64,000 bases of DNA. Source: a virus. Lineage: Duplodnaviria > Caudoviricetes. Each line of letters begins with the position of its first letter. Position 1 is the first letter of the stretch. Location: IMG/VR virus record IMGVR_UViG_3300046689_000961, positions 575-64,574 of that record. One strand, 5' to 3'. The translations under genes were made by a program, and so were the position numbers. Under the pieces are notes generated by a model. That model did no database searches, was not told where the DNA came from, and saw only the letters and a list, made by a program, of their open reading frames with translations. Below, piece after piece: positions 9,818 through 18,697 of the stretch.

Positions 9818-12800
9818 CTAGGCCGTCCCGCCGCCACTGCGTTGCGCGGCGCCGACCGCGTTGGTCATCGAGCGCGTGAGGTCGAGGTCGTCATCGCCCC
9901 ACGGCTTCTTCAGCTGCGGGTCGCCGCCATTCCACGGCTGCACGGTGACCTCGCTCTCCTCCCGGTACAGCCAGAACGGCGTGGGCGCGGTGAAGACGTA
10001 CTTGTAGAGGATCCCCTTCCGCGCGCCGACCGCGGTCGCGCCAAACGGCAGGAACGTCTTCACCTTGAGGTTGTTGGTCGACGGGATGACGTAGGTGTCG
10101 ACCGCCGCGGCGCCGTGCTGGTTGAGATACGTCGTGAGCGTGAGCAGCACGTCGGTCGTCGACTTGATCGTGATGTTGGCCGCGACGAGCGTGTGGAACC
10201 CCGGCTGGTCGTGGTCGATTTCCTGCGTCTCCCAGCGTGCGAGGGCAAACGGCTCCTCGTCGAAGATCGGCTGGAGCGAGTACAGCCGGCTGGGCTGATG
10301 GTCGACCGGGAAGAAGCGCCAGACGCGGCCGAGCTTCTCGCCGGAGGGGAGTGCGAGCTGGACCACCTTGCGGCCGTTGGTGTTCACGACGAGCGTCTCG
10401 ACGACGACGCCATCGGCCTCGATCGTCACCGACTTGTCCTGGCCGAACGTGTCGCACTCGAAGACCACCGCCTTCAGCCATTTATCCGCGCGTGAGCCGA
10501 GGATCGTGAACGGCTGATTCCAGTTGTGCTGCTCACTGGGCTCGTCGACGAGGAACCAGCGGTGCTCGAAAAGCTGCCCCGGGTTGGCGTCGGTCGCGAC
10601 GAAATGGAACACGTGGCCGCGGCCCCACGGGAGCGTCAGGTGGACGACTTTCCGGCCATCGGTCTGGACCGGGAAGAAGCCCAAGCCCGTCGCCGGGTCG
10701 TTCAAGGTCACGCCGTCGACTTGGATGACGATCGTCTTGAGCAGGCCCAGCGTGTCGACCTCGAGGTCGAGCCCCGTGTAGTACTGGTCCCACTTGTTCT
10801 CGAAGTAGATGTCCCAGCCGGCGATCATCGGCGGCTCGTTGACCGCGATCCAGTCGGCCCGGTACAGCAACCACGCCAGACAGTCGTCGTTCGGGCGGAT
10901 GCGCACCTGATGACAGCGCACGGCCGGCCAGGTGAAGGCCACCTTGTGGCGGCCGGTCGTGTTGACGAGGAGGGTGGCCGCCAGACTCACGACCCCCAGC
11001 CAGTCGTACTCGATGAGGATCGTGCGGTCGACGCCGCCTGTGTCGACGTCAAAGGTCACCCCCGTGAGGTACTTCGGATCGGGATGGCCGAGGTCATCCC
11101 AGTTGGTGACGCGGTTCACCGTGAGGTCGGGCTGCAGCGTAATCGACGTGCCCATGAGGTACGCGATGGGCGAGCCGACCGAGGACGTGCCGGCGATGTC
11201 GATGGCGAGGTTGCGGCCGATCTGCGGGCCGATGCCGAAGCCGTCGAAGATGATGCGCGACCGGCCGGTGCCGGCGTCAATGGTGACCGCCGGGTTCACG
11301 ACCGTTTCCGAGTTCACGTAGTTCGTCCACGTGAGCGCGTTCCCTTGCAGGTCGATGTCGAGAATCTGATCGCCGAAGAGTTTCTCCTCGCGCGGCTTGC
11401 CCCAGTCCCACGAGCCGGTACGGAGCGTCCACGCGATGGCGGCGCCGTCGTCGCTCGTGCCGTCGTGGGTGTACGCCTTGCCGGTCGACGCGCCGCCCAG
11501 ATACAGCGTGGACCGCTCGCCGCCACCCTGATCCTCGTACAAGGCCGACGGGGCGGCGCCGAACAGGTAGTGCCGCCACTGCTCGGTCAGAATCTCGAAG
11601 ACCCAGACGTGCTGGCGGCCGTCGGTCCCCTGGAAGCTCATCCAGATTTCCTGCTGGAAGGCGACCATGCGCATCTGGCCCTGGAAGAAGAAGTCGATCG
11701 GGGCGTACCCGTTGACGGTCTGGCCCTCAAAGAGCGGCTGAATCTTCGTCGTGAAGAGCGTCTGGCCGGCCCCCGCGGTCGAGTACCCGCCGTCGCGACT
11801 CATGAACCAGATGCGGCCGTACCCGGTGCACAGCGACCAATAGCCGGCCAGGCCCCGGACGCAATCGGTCGGGTTGGCGGTGAGGCCGTTCGCGCCAAAG
11901 AGGTTCAGGTACACGACGTACATGCGCTCGCGCGAGAAGACGTACGGCTGGCTGCCGATGATGGCGCCGTTCATCAGCTCTTCACTCGGCGGACAGGCTT
12001 CGACTGAGAGGTCCGAGGGCCAGAGGTCGGGGTTGTCGGGTCGGCTGGCGTAGACGGTGCCCGGGCGGAGCGCGTCGCCGAGCGCGAGGAGCTGACCGTT
12101 CACGGGCCCGAGGAGCACGCGCACGTTCGATTGGGTCGTGAGGCCGGCGTCGTTGGTGGACGCCACCGGCTGGTAGTGGTCGATTTCCAGCGTTTGCGCG
12201 GCGGCAATCTCCTGGTCGGAGAGGATGTCGATGTACGGCGCCCCGTCGGCGGTGTTCTGCCCGAGGAAGAACCAGTCGGTGGGGAGGGTTCCCCCGCGCC
12301 GGTAGAAGCGTTGGACGATGTCGGGCAGCGTCTTCGGGGTGGGCGTGAGCGTGACGGCGTTCCGCGCCGCATCGACCAGCTGGCTCGTCACCATGATGGG
12401 CGACGGGTTGGACTCGACCCCGCACCGCGTGTCGAAGTGGGTGTAGCGGTAGTCGTAGGAGCTGGCCGCCACGTCGGTCGTGTCCGGACCGTACCCGCCG
12501 GTGAGCCACCAATCCTTGAGCGTGACCGAGGGGAAGTTCGAGACCGCGGAACTCCCGGTGTAGTGGATGTAGACGAACAGGCCGACCACCGTGCCCCAGC
12601 CGACGTTCACGTTGTTGCCGAAGCGTTGGAAGTCGCCGCGCCGGAGCGGGTTGCCGGAGATGCCAAATTCCACGGTCGCGCCCGACGACGCGCCGGCCTG
12701 AATCGACTCGATGAGCGACGGATCGAACTGCGCGAGGAACGTGTCGGACTTCTTGATGACCTGGCCGGCCTGGACTTTCGCGAAGCCTTGCGCGGTCGCC

Positions 12801-13849
12801 TGCCGGTTGAGCGCGTCGTTGCGCACGGCGATGACGCGCGCCAGCTCGGCGACGTCGGCCTGGCTGCCGCCCGGCTGGATCATCACCGAGAAGTCGCCGG
12901 GCCGGAGCGTCTTCAGGTAGAAGTTGGTGTTGTAGGTGGCGTCGGTGCCCGGGAGGATGGACGGCGAGAACGGGCCGCCCACGACGACGTAGAGGCGGAC
13001 CTCGGTGAAGACCCACGGCTGCACGAAGGTGACGGCCAGGTGCATCAGGTCATCGTCACTGGCGCGCACAATGACCGGCGGTGAGCCGATGGCGCCGTAG
13101 TCGTCGAGATTCGCCGTGAGCGCGATGCCCCACGACGTCCACGCACCCAGCGTGCCGAAGAACGGCGAGGATAGCGTCGGGAAGAGGCCGTTGATCGCGG
13201 CCGGCGGCGTACCCGTCGACTCCCCGGGCGTTTTCGCGTTGGGGTCGTCGACGACGCCGGCGTTCGGCGTCCAGCCGTTACTGGTCGGCGGCGTCGTGAA
13301 GTCCGCGATGACCTTCTTCAGCGGCGTCGAGACGGCGGTGGTCGGGACAAACGGCGGGGCGCCCACGCCGATCTCCTTGACCGTGCCGTCGGGGGCGACC
13401 TTGCTCATCTTGTTGAAGTCGCCGATGTACGCCCAGGCGGTGCCCGAGAACGGCGGCCGCGCCGAGACGATCGTGAGCGGGTAGCCGGAGTAGCCCGAGT
13501 CGACCGCCGAGAGGCCGCCCGATTCGCCGACGTAGAGCGCGCCGTCCACGCCCCACACGCGCGTGAACATCGCGTGCTCGGGGTCGTTCAGCCGGAAGAT
13601 GGAGTGGATGTCGGTGCCGGCGGCGGCCACCGCGGTTTGTCCCGGTCGGCCAGTAAGCGCGCGCGGGTTGTCGAGCGTCTGGGACCAATTCGTCAGCCGG
13701 GTGAAGTCGCCGACCGCGACCGCGTCAATCGCGTGGATGAGGTCGACCCCGCCCACGCCAATCGGGAAGATCGGCGTCTCAAACGGCGTCTCGAAGCCCG
13801 AGGTGGTAATCGGGTTGCCCCGGCGGGAGACGTCATCGGGCTCAGCCAT
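9818..13849 (-). CDS. Tail tubular/nozzle protein (P22 gp10 / T7 gp12-like) with C-terminal repeats
   Basis: 1343 aa beta-rich; YDYRYT...ESNPSP and FYRRGG segments, propeller-like middle, WTLRTG; follows the adaptor genes. Confidence 0.65.
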   Translation of the reverse strand: MAEPDDVSRRGNPITTSGFETPFETPIFPIGVGGVDLIHAIDAVAVGDFTRLTNWSQTLDNPRALTGRPGQTAVAAAGTDIHSIFRLNDPEHAMFTRVWGVDGALYVGESGGLSAVDSGYSGYPLTIVSARPPFSGTAWAYIGDFNKMSKVAPDGTVKEIGVGAPPFVPTTAVSTPLKKVIADFTTPPTSNGWTPNAGVVDDPNAKTPGESTGTPPAAINGLFPTLSSPFFGTLGAWTSWGIALTANLDDYGAIGSPPVIVRASDDDLMHLAVTFVQPWVFTEVRLYVVVGGPFSPSILPGTDATYNTNFYLKTLRPGDFSVMIQPGGSQADVAELARVIAVRNDALNRQATAQGFAKVQAGQVIKKSDTFLAQFDPSLIESIQAGASSGATVEFGISGNPLRRGDFQRFGNNVNVGWGTVVGLFVYIHYTGSSAVSNFPSVTLKDWWLTGGYGPDTTDVAASSYDYRYTHFDTRCGVESNPSPIMVTSQLVDAARNAVTLTPTPKTLPDIVQRFYRRGGTLPTDWFFLGQNTADGAPYIDILSDQEIAAAQTLEIDHYQPVASTNDAGLTTQSNVRVLLGPVNGQLLALGDALRPGTVYASRPDNPDLWPSDLSVEACPPSEELMNGAIIGSQPYVFSRERMYVVYLNLFGANGLTANPTDCVRGLAGYWSLCTGYGRIWFMSRDGGYSTAGAGQTLFTTKIQPLFEGQTVNGYAPIDFFFQGQMRMVAFQQEIWMSFQGTDGRQHVWVFEILTEQWRHYLFGAAPSALYEDQGGGERSTLYLGGASTGKAYTHDGTSDDGAAIAWTLRTGSWDWGKPREEKLFGDQILDIDLQGNALTWTNYVNSETVVNPAVTIDAGTGRSRIIFDGFGIGPQIGRNLAIDIAGTSSVGSPIAYLMGTSITLQPDLTVNRVTNWDDLGHPDPKYLTGVTFDVDTGGVDRTILIEYDWLGVVSLAATLLVNTTGRHKVAFTWPAVRCHQVRIRPNDDCLAWLLYRADWIAVNEPPMIAGWDIYFENKWDQYYTGLDLEVDTLGLLKTIVIQVDGVTLNDPATGLGFFPVQTDGRKVVHLTLPWGRGHVFHFVATDANPGQLFEHRWFLVDEPSEQHNWNQPFTILGSRADKWLKAVVFECDTFGQDKSVTIEADGVVVETLVVNTNGRKVVQLALPSGEKLGRVWRFFPVDHQPSRLYSLQPIFDEEPFALARWETQEIDHDQPGFHTLVAANITIKSTTDVLLTLTTYLNQHGAAAVDTYVIPSTNNLKVKTFLPFGATAVGARKGILYKYVFTAPTPFWLYREESEVTVQPWNGGDPQLKKPWGDDDLDLTRSMTNAVGAAQRSGGGTA

Positions 13850-13875
13850 GCCGGGATTTTACTCCCGCCGGCCGG

Positions 13876-14508
13876 TTACACCCAGCCGAGGAGGATGATG
13901 TTGGCGATCTGCTGGTCGAGCGCGTACCGCATCTCGCAGTAGGTCGCGCGCGTCGGGTCGGCCCCGCGGCCGTCTTTCCCGAAGGCGTCGGCGAGCGTGC
14001 CGTACTTGAGGGCCGTGTAGGAGACTTCGGGGACGGTGAGCGGGTTCCCCGTGCCGTCCATGGGAAAGCCCTGGGCGACGTAGAGGGGGACCAGCACGCC
14101 GTTGACCGCCGGGACCGGGCCGATCGCGACGACCAGCACCGGCGCGTCATAGTCCTGGTAGGTGCGCGGCACCCCGCGGGTGTACTCCCAGGTCGGGTCG
14201 CCGTGATCCATCTCGAAGCTGTCGACGCGGCTGAGTTCGCGGGTGACCCCGTCCTGGCCGTACCAGTAGAGGGAGAGCGTCGCCAGCCAGTCCTGCGGGA
14301 GCGCCACGCGGGACTGGCCGGCGGACACCACAATCGGCGCCCCTTCGACCACCACGCAATGCGTCGTCGTGAGGAAGCGGTTCCCGCGCTCGTTGAGGCG
14401 ATGGAGGATTTCCTCCGGCGTCCACAGGCCCGACGGGTAGGTGAGCCCACCGTCGGGCGCCTCCATGAGCACCGTCTGGATGTCACTGAGGAGGTCGGTG
14501 TCCGTCAT
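13876..14508 (-). CDS. Head-tail adaptor / tail tubular protein A-like
   Basis: LWTPEEILHRLNE, VALPQDWL, IGPVPAVNG, ALKYGTLADAF fit the phage adaptor pattern. Confidence 0.6.
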   Translation of the reverse strand: MTDTDLLSDIQTVLMEAPDGGLTYPSGLWTPEEILHRLNERGNRFLTTTHCVVVEGAPIVVSAGQSRVALPQDWLATLSLYWYGQDGVTRELSRVDSFEMDHGDPTWEYTRGVPRTYQDYDAPVLVVAIGPVPAVNGVLVPLYVAQGFPMDGTGNPLTVPEVSYTALKYGTLADAFGKDGRGADPTRATYCEMRYALDQQIANIILLGWV

Positions 14509-15254
14509 GGCGTGTTGATGATGGGCGTGGCGCCGAAGGTCTGGGCGAGCGCGGCGGTCGAGTTGGCGACGCCGGCCGAGACCACTGGCTTGAGCGCCTG
14601 ATTATCGAGGCCCATGACGCGCCGGTAGATCGACGCGGTCGTGATGGCTTGGTTCTCGTCGGCCGCGTGCGCGAGAAACAGCTTGAAGTACTTCAGCGAC
14701 GTCTGGAACCACGGGCCGCCCTTCTTCAGGCTGATCGTGTGCAGCGACTGGCCGAGGAGCGCCGAGACGTCGGCTTCCGAGAGATTCACGAAGGCGGCGT
14801 CGGTGAGGAGCACGGGCGTCGCCATCACGCCGTCGATGAGCAGCGAATTGTGGCCGGCGGCATCCGCCGGCCAGAGGTCGATGAGCTGGAGCGACCGCGG
14901 CGCCCAGAGCGTGACGACGGTCGGGACGTCGTAGCCGGACGCGGTCGTCTCGGTGTACCACAGCCGCCGACCCAGGTTGAGGTCCTCGCGGCTGGTCGGC
15001 GAGAGCGGCTTGCCATTGAACGCGACGCGGGTCGTGTAGGTGAGGCCGGCTGAGACGAACGCCGTGCGCATGCCGGGGGTGGTCTCGAGCGTCTCGCGCG
15101 TCTTCCACCGGCCGGTGAGCGCGTTGTAGAAGCGCAGGTTCTCGTTGAGTGCGGTGTTGGCCTCGTCGGCCGTCCAGAAGGGGACGCCCTCGTAGAACTC
15201 GGTGAGGCGCTGGCGGAGCTGCGCGCGCGTGATCGCCTGGTAGCCCGACGGCAT
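14505..15254 (-). CDS. Head-tail adaptor paralog
   Basis: TRAQLRQRL...FWTADEANTALNE, LWPAD; ATGA overlap with the next gene. Confidence 0.6.
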   Translation of the reverse strand: MPSGYQAITRAQLRQRLTEFYEGVPFWTADEANTALNENLRFYNALTGRWKTRETLETTPGMRTAFVSAGLTYTTRVAFNGKPLSPTSREDLNLGRRLWYTETTASGYDVPTVVTLWAPRSLQLIDLWPADAAGHNSLLIDGVMATPVLLTDAAFVNLSEADVSALLGQSLHTISLKKGGPWFQTSLKYFKLFLAHAADENQAITTASIYRRVMGLDNQALKPVVSAGVANSTAALAQTFGATPIINTP

Positions 15255-15263
15255 GGGCGCAGT

Positions 15264-15401
15264 TTACCGCCGAACGATGCCGGCGTCCTTGTCGTGGTCC
15301 TTGAGCGCGTGGCGGACCGCCGTGCGGATGACCACGTACCCGATGAGGGTGGCCAGCGCCGCGACGAGCATCCAGCCGGTCCAGTACATCTCGACCGTCA
15401 T
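15264..15401 (-). CDS. 45-aa membrane microprotein (not in the ORF track)
   Basis: Hand translation MTVEMYWTGWMLVAALATLIGYVVIRTAVRHALKDHDKDAGIVRR; ATGA overlap with the upstream fibre gene. Confidence 0.6.
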   Translation of the reverse strand: MTVEMYWTGWMLVAALATLIGYVVIRTAVRHALKDHDKDAGIVRR

Positions 15402-16381
15402 TGGGCGGCGCCGAGGAGGAGGTAGCCGAGGGTGATGGTCGCCGTGTTGGCGGCGTTGCCCCCCGTGAAGGCGCCTGAGCCGTTGTTATCCGCCTTGATC
15501 ACGATGGTCGCGTTGTCGGTGTCGGCGCGCGGGTGGCTGCGGGTAATCGGCCCCCACTCGTCGACGTCCTCGGTGTCGGCCGTCGGCGTGAAGAGTTGCC
15601 GTTTCGGCGTCGTCGAGCCGAGCAGGTCGGTGAGCCGCGTCGTCGATCCGGTCGTGATGAGGGTGTCGTTCGGGATGTAGCTCAGGAGGTCGACCACCGG
15701 CGTCGACGCGATGAGGATCCCCAGCCACGCCGCCGCGTCGATATTCGTGTACGCCCCGGCGGCGAAGTTGGTCGTGATCGCCCCGAAGAGGGGAATGCCC
15801 ATGACTCCGGCGCCAGCTTGGACGATGGCGGTGACGGGCGTGTCGGCCCCGAGGGCCTTGATCTGGGCGTCGGAGAGGGTGATCGTCACGAGCCGAATCG
15901 CCGCCATCGACGTGGCCATCTTCGCGGCGGTCACCGAGGCGTCGGTCGGCACGCGCGTGTCGGAGAGCCGAGGGTCGTCGCCTTCCGCGGCGGTCCCGGC
16001 GGTGGTCCCGATGACGAGCGGCGCCCCGCCATCCTCAATCGCGCCGTCGCCCACCCAGACCGCGGCGTGGCCGGCGACCACCGCGCCCTGCTGGACGACT
16101 GCGCCGACAATCACCGCCACCTGGATGTTCGGCAGCGTGTAGCTGGTCGCCCCGACTTTCGTCACCGTGAGGTCGTAGGCGCCGGCCGCGACGAAGAAGG
16201 TGAACTGGCCGGTGTCGGCGTCTGAGGTGAAGGGGTTCGCGAGCGGCGTGACTTCCCCGGCGTCCGCCCAGAGGACCGCGAACGTCTGCGTGCCGGTCTC
16301 GTACACGGCGACCGTCGCGCCCGGGAGCGCCTGGTTGGTCAGGACGTCGACGGTGACGCCGGAGTACTGCGGCAGGCTCAT
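15398..16381 (-). CDS. Tail fibre/spike protein
   Basis: N-terminal head-binding-like domain (LPGATVAVYETGT...LANPFTSD) and fibre motif GTTAGTAAEGDDPRLSD; start at 16381 by ATGA coupling. Confidence 0.7.
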   Translation of the reverse strand: MSLPQYSGVTVDVLTNQALPGATVAVYETGTQTFAVLWADAGEVTPLANPFTSDADTGQFTFFVAAGAYDLTVTKVGATSYTLPNIQVAVIVGAVVQQGAVVAGHAAVWVGDGAIEDGGAPLVIGTTAGTAAEGDDPRLSDTRVPTDASVTAAKMATSMAAIRLVTITLSDAQIKALGADTPVTAIVQAGAGVMGIPLFGAITTNFAAGAYTNIDAAAWLGILIASTPVVDLLSYIPNDTLITTGSTTRLTDLLGSTTPKRQLFTPTADTEDVDEWGPITRSHPRADTDNATIVIKADNNGSGAFTGGNAANTATITLGYLLLGAAQ

Positions 16382-16578
16382 TTCGCCGCTCCGAGGAGCA
16401 TCGCCTTGCAATCAGGCCGGGACAGACAGCCGTTGATGAGGTCGACCACTTGGTGATGCGTCACGTGGTCGGTGTAGAGGTGCAGCGCCACGACGCCGAT
16501 GAAGACGCCCACGACACTCACGAGGAGCGTGAGCGCGAGGAAGGTTTTCGGGCGGCTGTGCGCGAGGGTCATCAGCAT
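16378..16578 (-). CDS. Small single-pass membrane protein
   Basis: Hydrophobic stretch FLALTLLVSVVGVFIGVVAL. Confidence 0.6.
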   Translation of the reverse strand: MLMTLAHSRPKTFLALTLLVSVVGVFIGVVALHLYTDHVTHHQVVDLINGCLSRPDCKAMLLGAAK

Positions 16579-16583
16579 GGGGG

Positions 16584-18671
16584 TTACAGGGTCGGGAGAA
16601 TCACGTACAGGAGCATCACGCGCAAGGCGTTGGCGGCATTCCCACCGGTGAAGGCGCCCGAGCCGCCGTTATCACAGGTGAACTGGAGCGGCGTGTTCAC
16701 CCCGCCGGTGCCGGTCACGGCGAAGGGAATGAGACCCCAGTTGCCGCTGGTGTCGACGTCGTAGTACTGCTGCATCCGCATCCGGGTCACGCGCGCATTG
16801 CCGAGGAGCCGCGTGAGACTGTCGGCGGCCGCCCCCGTGATCGCCACGTCGTTCACGATGAACGACATGGCCCCTGTCGTATCGCCGTACTGAATCCCGC
16901 ACCACCCCGCGGCGTTGATGTTGGTGTAGGCGCCGCTCGTCGTAGTGGCCTGCACCAGCGCGGCCAGGGGTTGGAGCACGGTATTGGGAGCGGCGGGCGC
17001 AAGCACGATCGGCGTGGTCGGCAGCGCCTTCACCTGCGCATCGGTGAGCGTCACGATGGACGTGAGCACCGTCCCGGCGCCGGTCGCCAGCTGACAGCTC
17101 GAGAGGTAGACCGACCCGTTCCACGTGAACGAGCAGACGTCAATCGCGTTCGGCGTCGTCGAGAGGACCGGCGCCACCCCGCCAAACCACGTCACCGTCC
17201 CCGGCCACACGACAATCCGGCCGCCGGTCCCATCCTGCGCGACGACCAGCCGGTACGTGCTCCCGGCCAGCGGATTCGTGAAGGTGTACGTGCACGAGGC
17301 GGCTGAGAGCGTCGACGTGTGGATGACGCTCAGGTTGAAGTTGATCGTCTGGGCGGCGCCGCAGTTCCCGTCGGCGACAAGCCCGAGGTTCGGCTGGCCG
17401 CTGTAGTGGAGGACTTCCGAGCCCGTGCAGCCGGTCCCGAGGCCCACGCAGGCGAACTGCGGCAGGGACGTCGTCGCGATCGACTGCGGCGTCGCGAGGG
17501 TGATCGTGCCGGCGCCGTTGGTGACCGTGATCTGGTTGGCCGTGCCGGTGAGGGTCCCGAGCACGTAGGCCGAGCCGTTGCCGATGAGGAGCTGGCCGTT
17601 GGTGGGGACGGTCGACAGGGCCGTGCCGCCGTTGGCGATCGGGAGGACGCCCGAGACGTGCGTCGTGAGGCCAATTTTGCCCCAGCTCGGCGCAATGCCG
17701 ATCCCACCAGAGATCACGGCGCTCCCGGGCGCCACGTCCGCGAGTTTCGAGAGGGTCGTCGAGGCCGTCGCGTAGAGGAGGTCGCCGATCGCGTAGGAGG
17801 TGATCCCCGTGCCGCCGTTGGCGACCCCGGTCGTGCCGCCGGGCGTGATGGAGGTCTGGCTGGCGGCGGTGATCCGCCCCTTGCTATCAATCGCGATCGT
17901 GACCGAGTGCGTGCCGTCCCCGTAGGTCGCCGGCGTGACGGCGGTATTCGCGAGCGTGGCCGCACAGGCCGAGGTCGTCACGTCGCCGGTGAGGGCCGGC
18001 AGGCGCGCGCAGGCCAGCGTGCCGGTCGTGATCGCGCCGGCGGCCAGATTCGTGAGGTTCGCGCCTGAGATGGCCGGCAGCACGGCCGGGAAGACGCCGT
18101 CTTGGAGCGTCCCCGAGGTGAGGTCGGTCGCCGACCGGGTGATGAGGTCGCCGAGGGACGAGCCCGTCTTACTGACTGAGTTCCACGTGACCGTGCCGGT
18201 CGAGTTGATGGTGATGCCGTCCGGGATGTCGTTGTCGACGAGCGCGCGGAAGGCCGGCGTGCCGGGGGATCCACTCTGCGGGCCAGCCCAGACCGTGTTG
18301 GCGGCTTGATTAGCGGCGGTCAGCGTCAGCGTCCCGGACGAGACGACCGGCGAGCCGGAGACCGTGAAGATGTTCGGGGCGGCCAGGCCGACCGAGGTGA
18401 CCGTGCCGGCGCCGGCGGTCGGCGTCACGAGCGCACAGTTGAAGTAGAGGTTCCCGCCGAGGTTGCTGAACCGGTCGGCGCACCCCGTCTGGAGGACGTT
18501 GCCGCGCTCGAGGGCGACGCCGACCGACCGGCTGTAGGTATTGACGCCCGACCAGTAGTTGTTGCGCGTGAGGAGCGCGAGGACCGAACTGGGCAGGTCC
18601 TGGACGGCACCCCACGCCGCGGCGGCGCCGAGCGTGGCCGTGAGGAGCACCCCGACCATGAGTTTCCGCAT
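16584..18671 (-). CDS. Ser/Thr/Gly-rich tail fibre-like protein with N-terminal signal peptide
   Basis: GTVTSVGL, LTGDVT and VANGGTG / LPIANGGT fibre repeats, QDGTGGR...WPGTVTW domain; starts MRKLMVGVLLTATLGAAAAWGA. Confidence 0.7.
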   Translation of the reverse strand: MRKLMVGVLLTATLGAAAAWGAVQDLPSSVLALLTRNNYWSGVNTYSRSVGVALERGNVLQTGCADRFSNLGGNLYFNCALVTPTAGAGTVTSVGLAAPNIFTVSGSPVVSSGTLTLTAANQAANTVWAGPQSGSPGTPAFRALVDNDIPDGITINSTGTVTWNSVSKTGSSLGDLITRSATDLTSGTLQDGVFPAVLPAISGANLTNLAAGAITTGTLACARLPALTGDVTTSACAATLANTAVTPATYGDGTHSVTIAIDSKGRITAASQTSITPGGTTGVANGGTGITSYAIGDLLYATASTTLSKLADVAPGSAVISGGIGIAPSWGKIGLTTHVSGVLPIANGGTALSTVPTNGQLLIGNGSAYVLGTLTGTANQITVTNGAGTITLATPQSIATTSLPQFACVGLGTGCTGSEVLHYSGQPNLGLVADGNCGAAQTINFNLSVIHTSTLSAASCTYTFTNPLAGSTYRLVVAQDGTGGRIVVWPGTVTWFGGVAPVLSTTPNAIDVCSFTWNGSVYLSSCQLATGAGTVLTSIVTLTDAQVKALPTTPIVLAPAAPNTVLQPLAALVQATTTSGAYTNINAAGWCGIQYGDTTGAMSFIVNDVAITGAAADSLTRLLGNARVTRMRMQQYYDVDTSGNWGLIPFAVTGTGGVNTPLQFTCDNGGSGAFTGGNAANALRVMLLYVILPTL

Positions 18672-18697
18672 GGTCGGCGATTCTACCACCCGAGCCC

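Noticed and set aside
15398-17060. Duplicated fibre C-termini as a diversity-generating retroelement TR/VR pair
   Set aside because: No reverse transcriptase is seen, and the divergence is general rather than adenine-specific.
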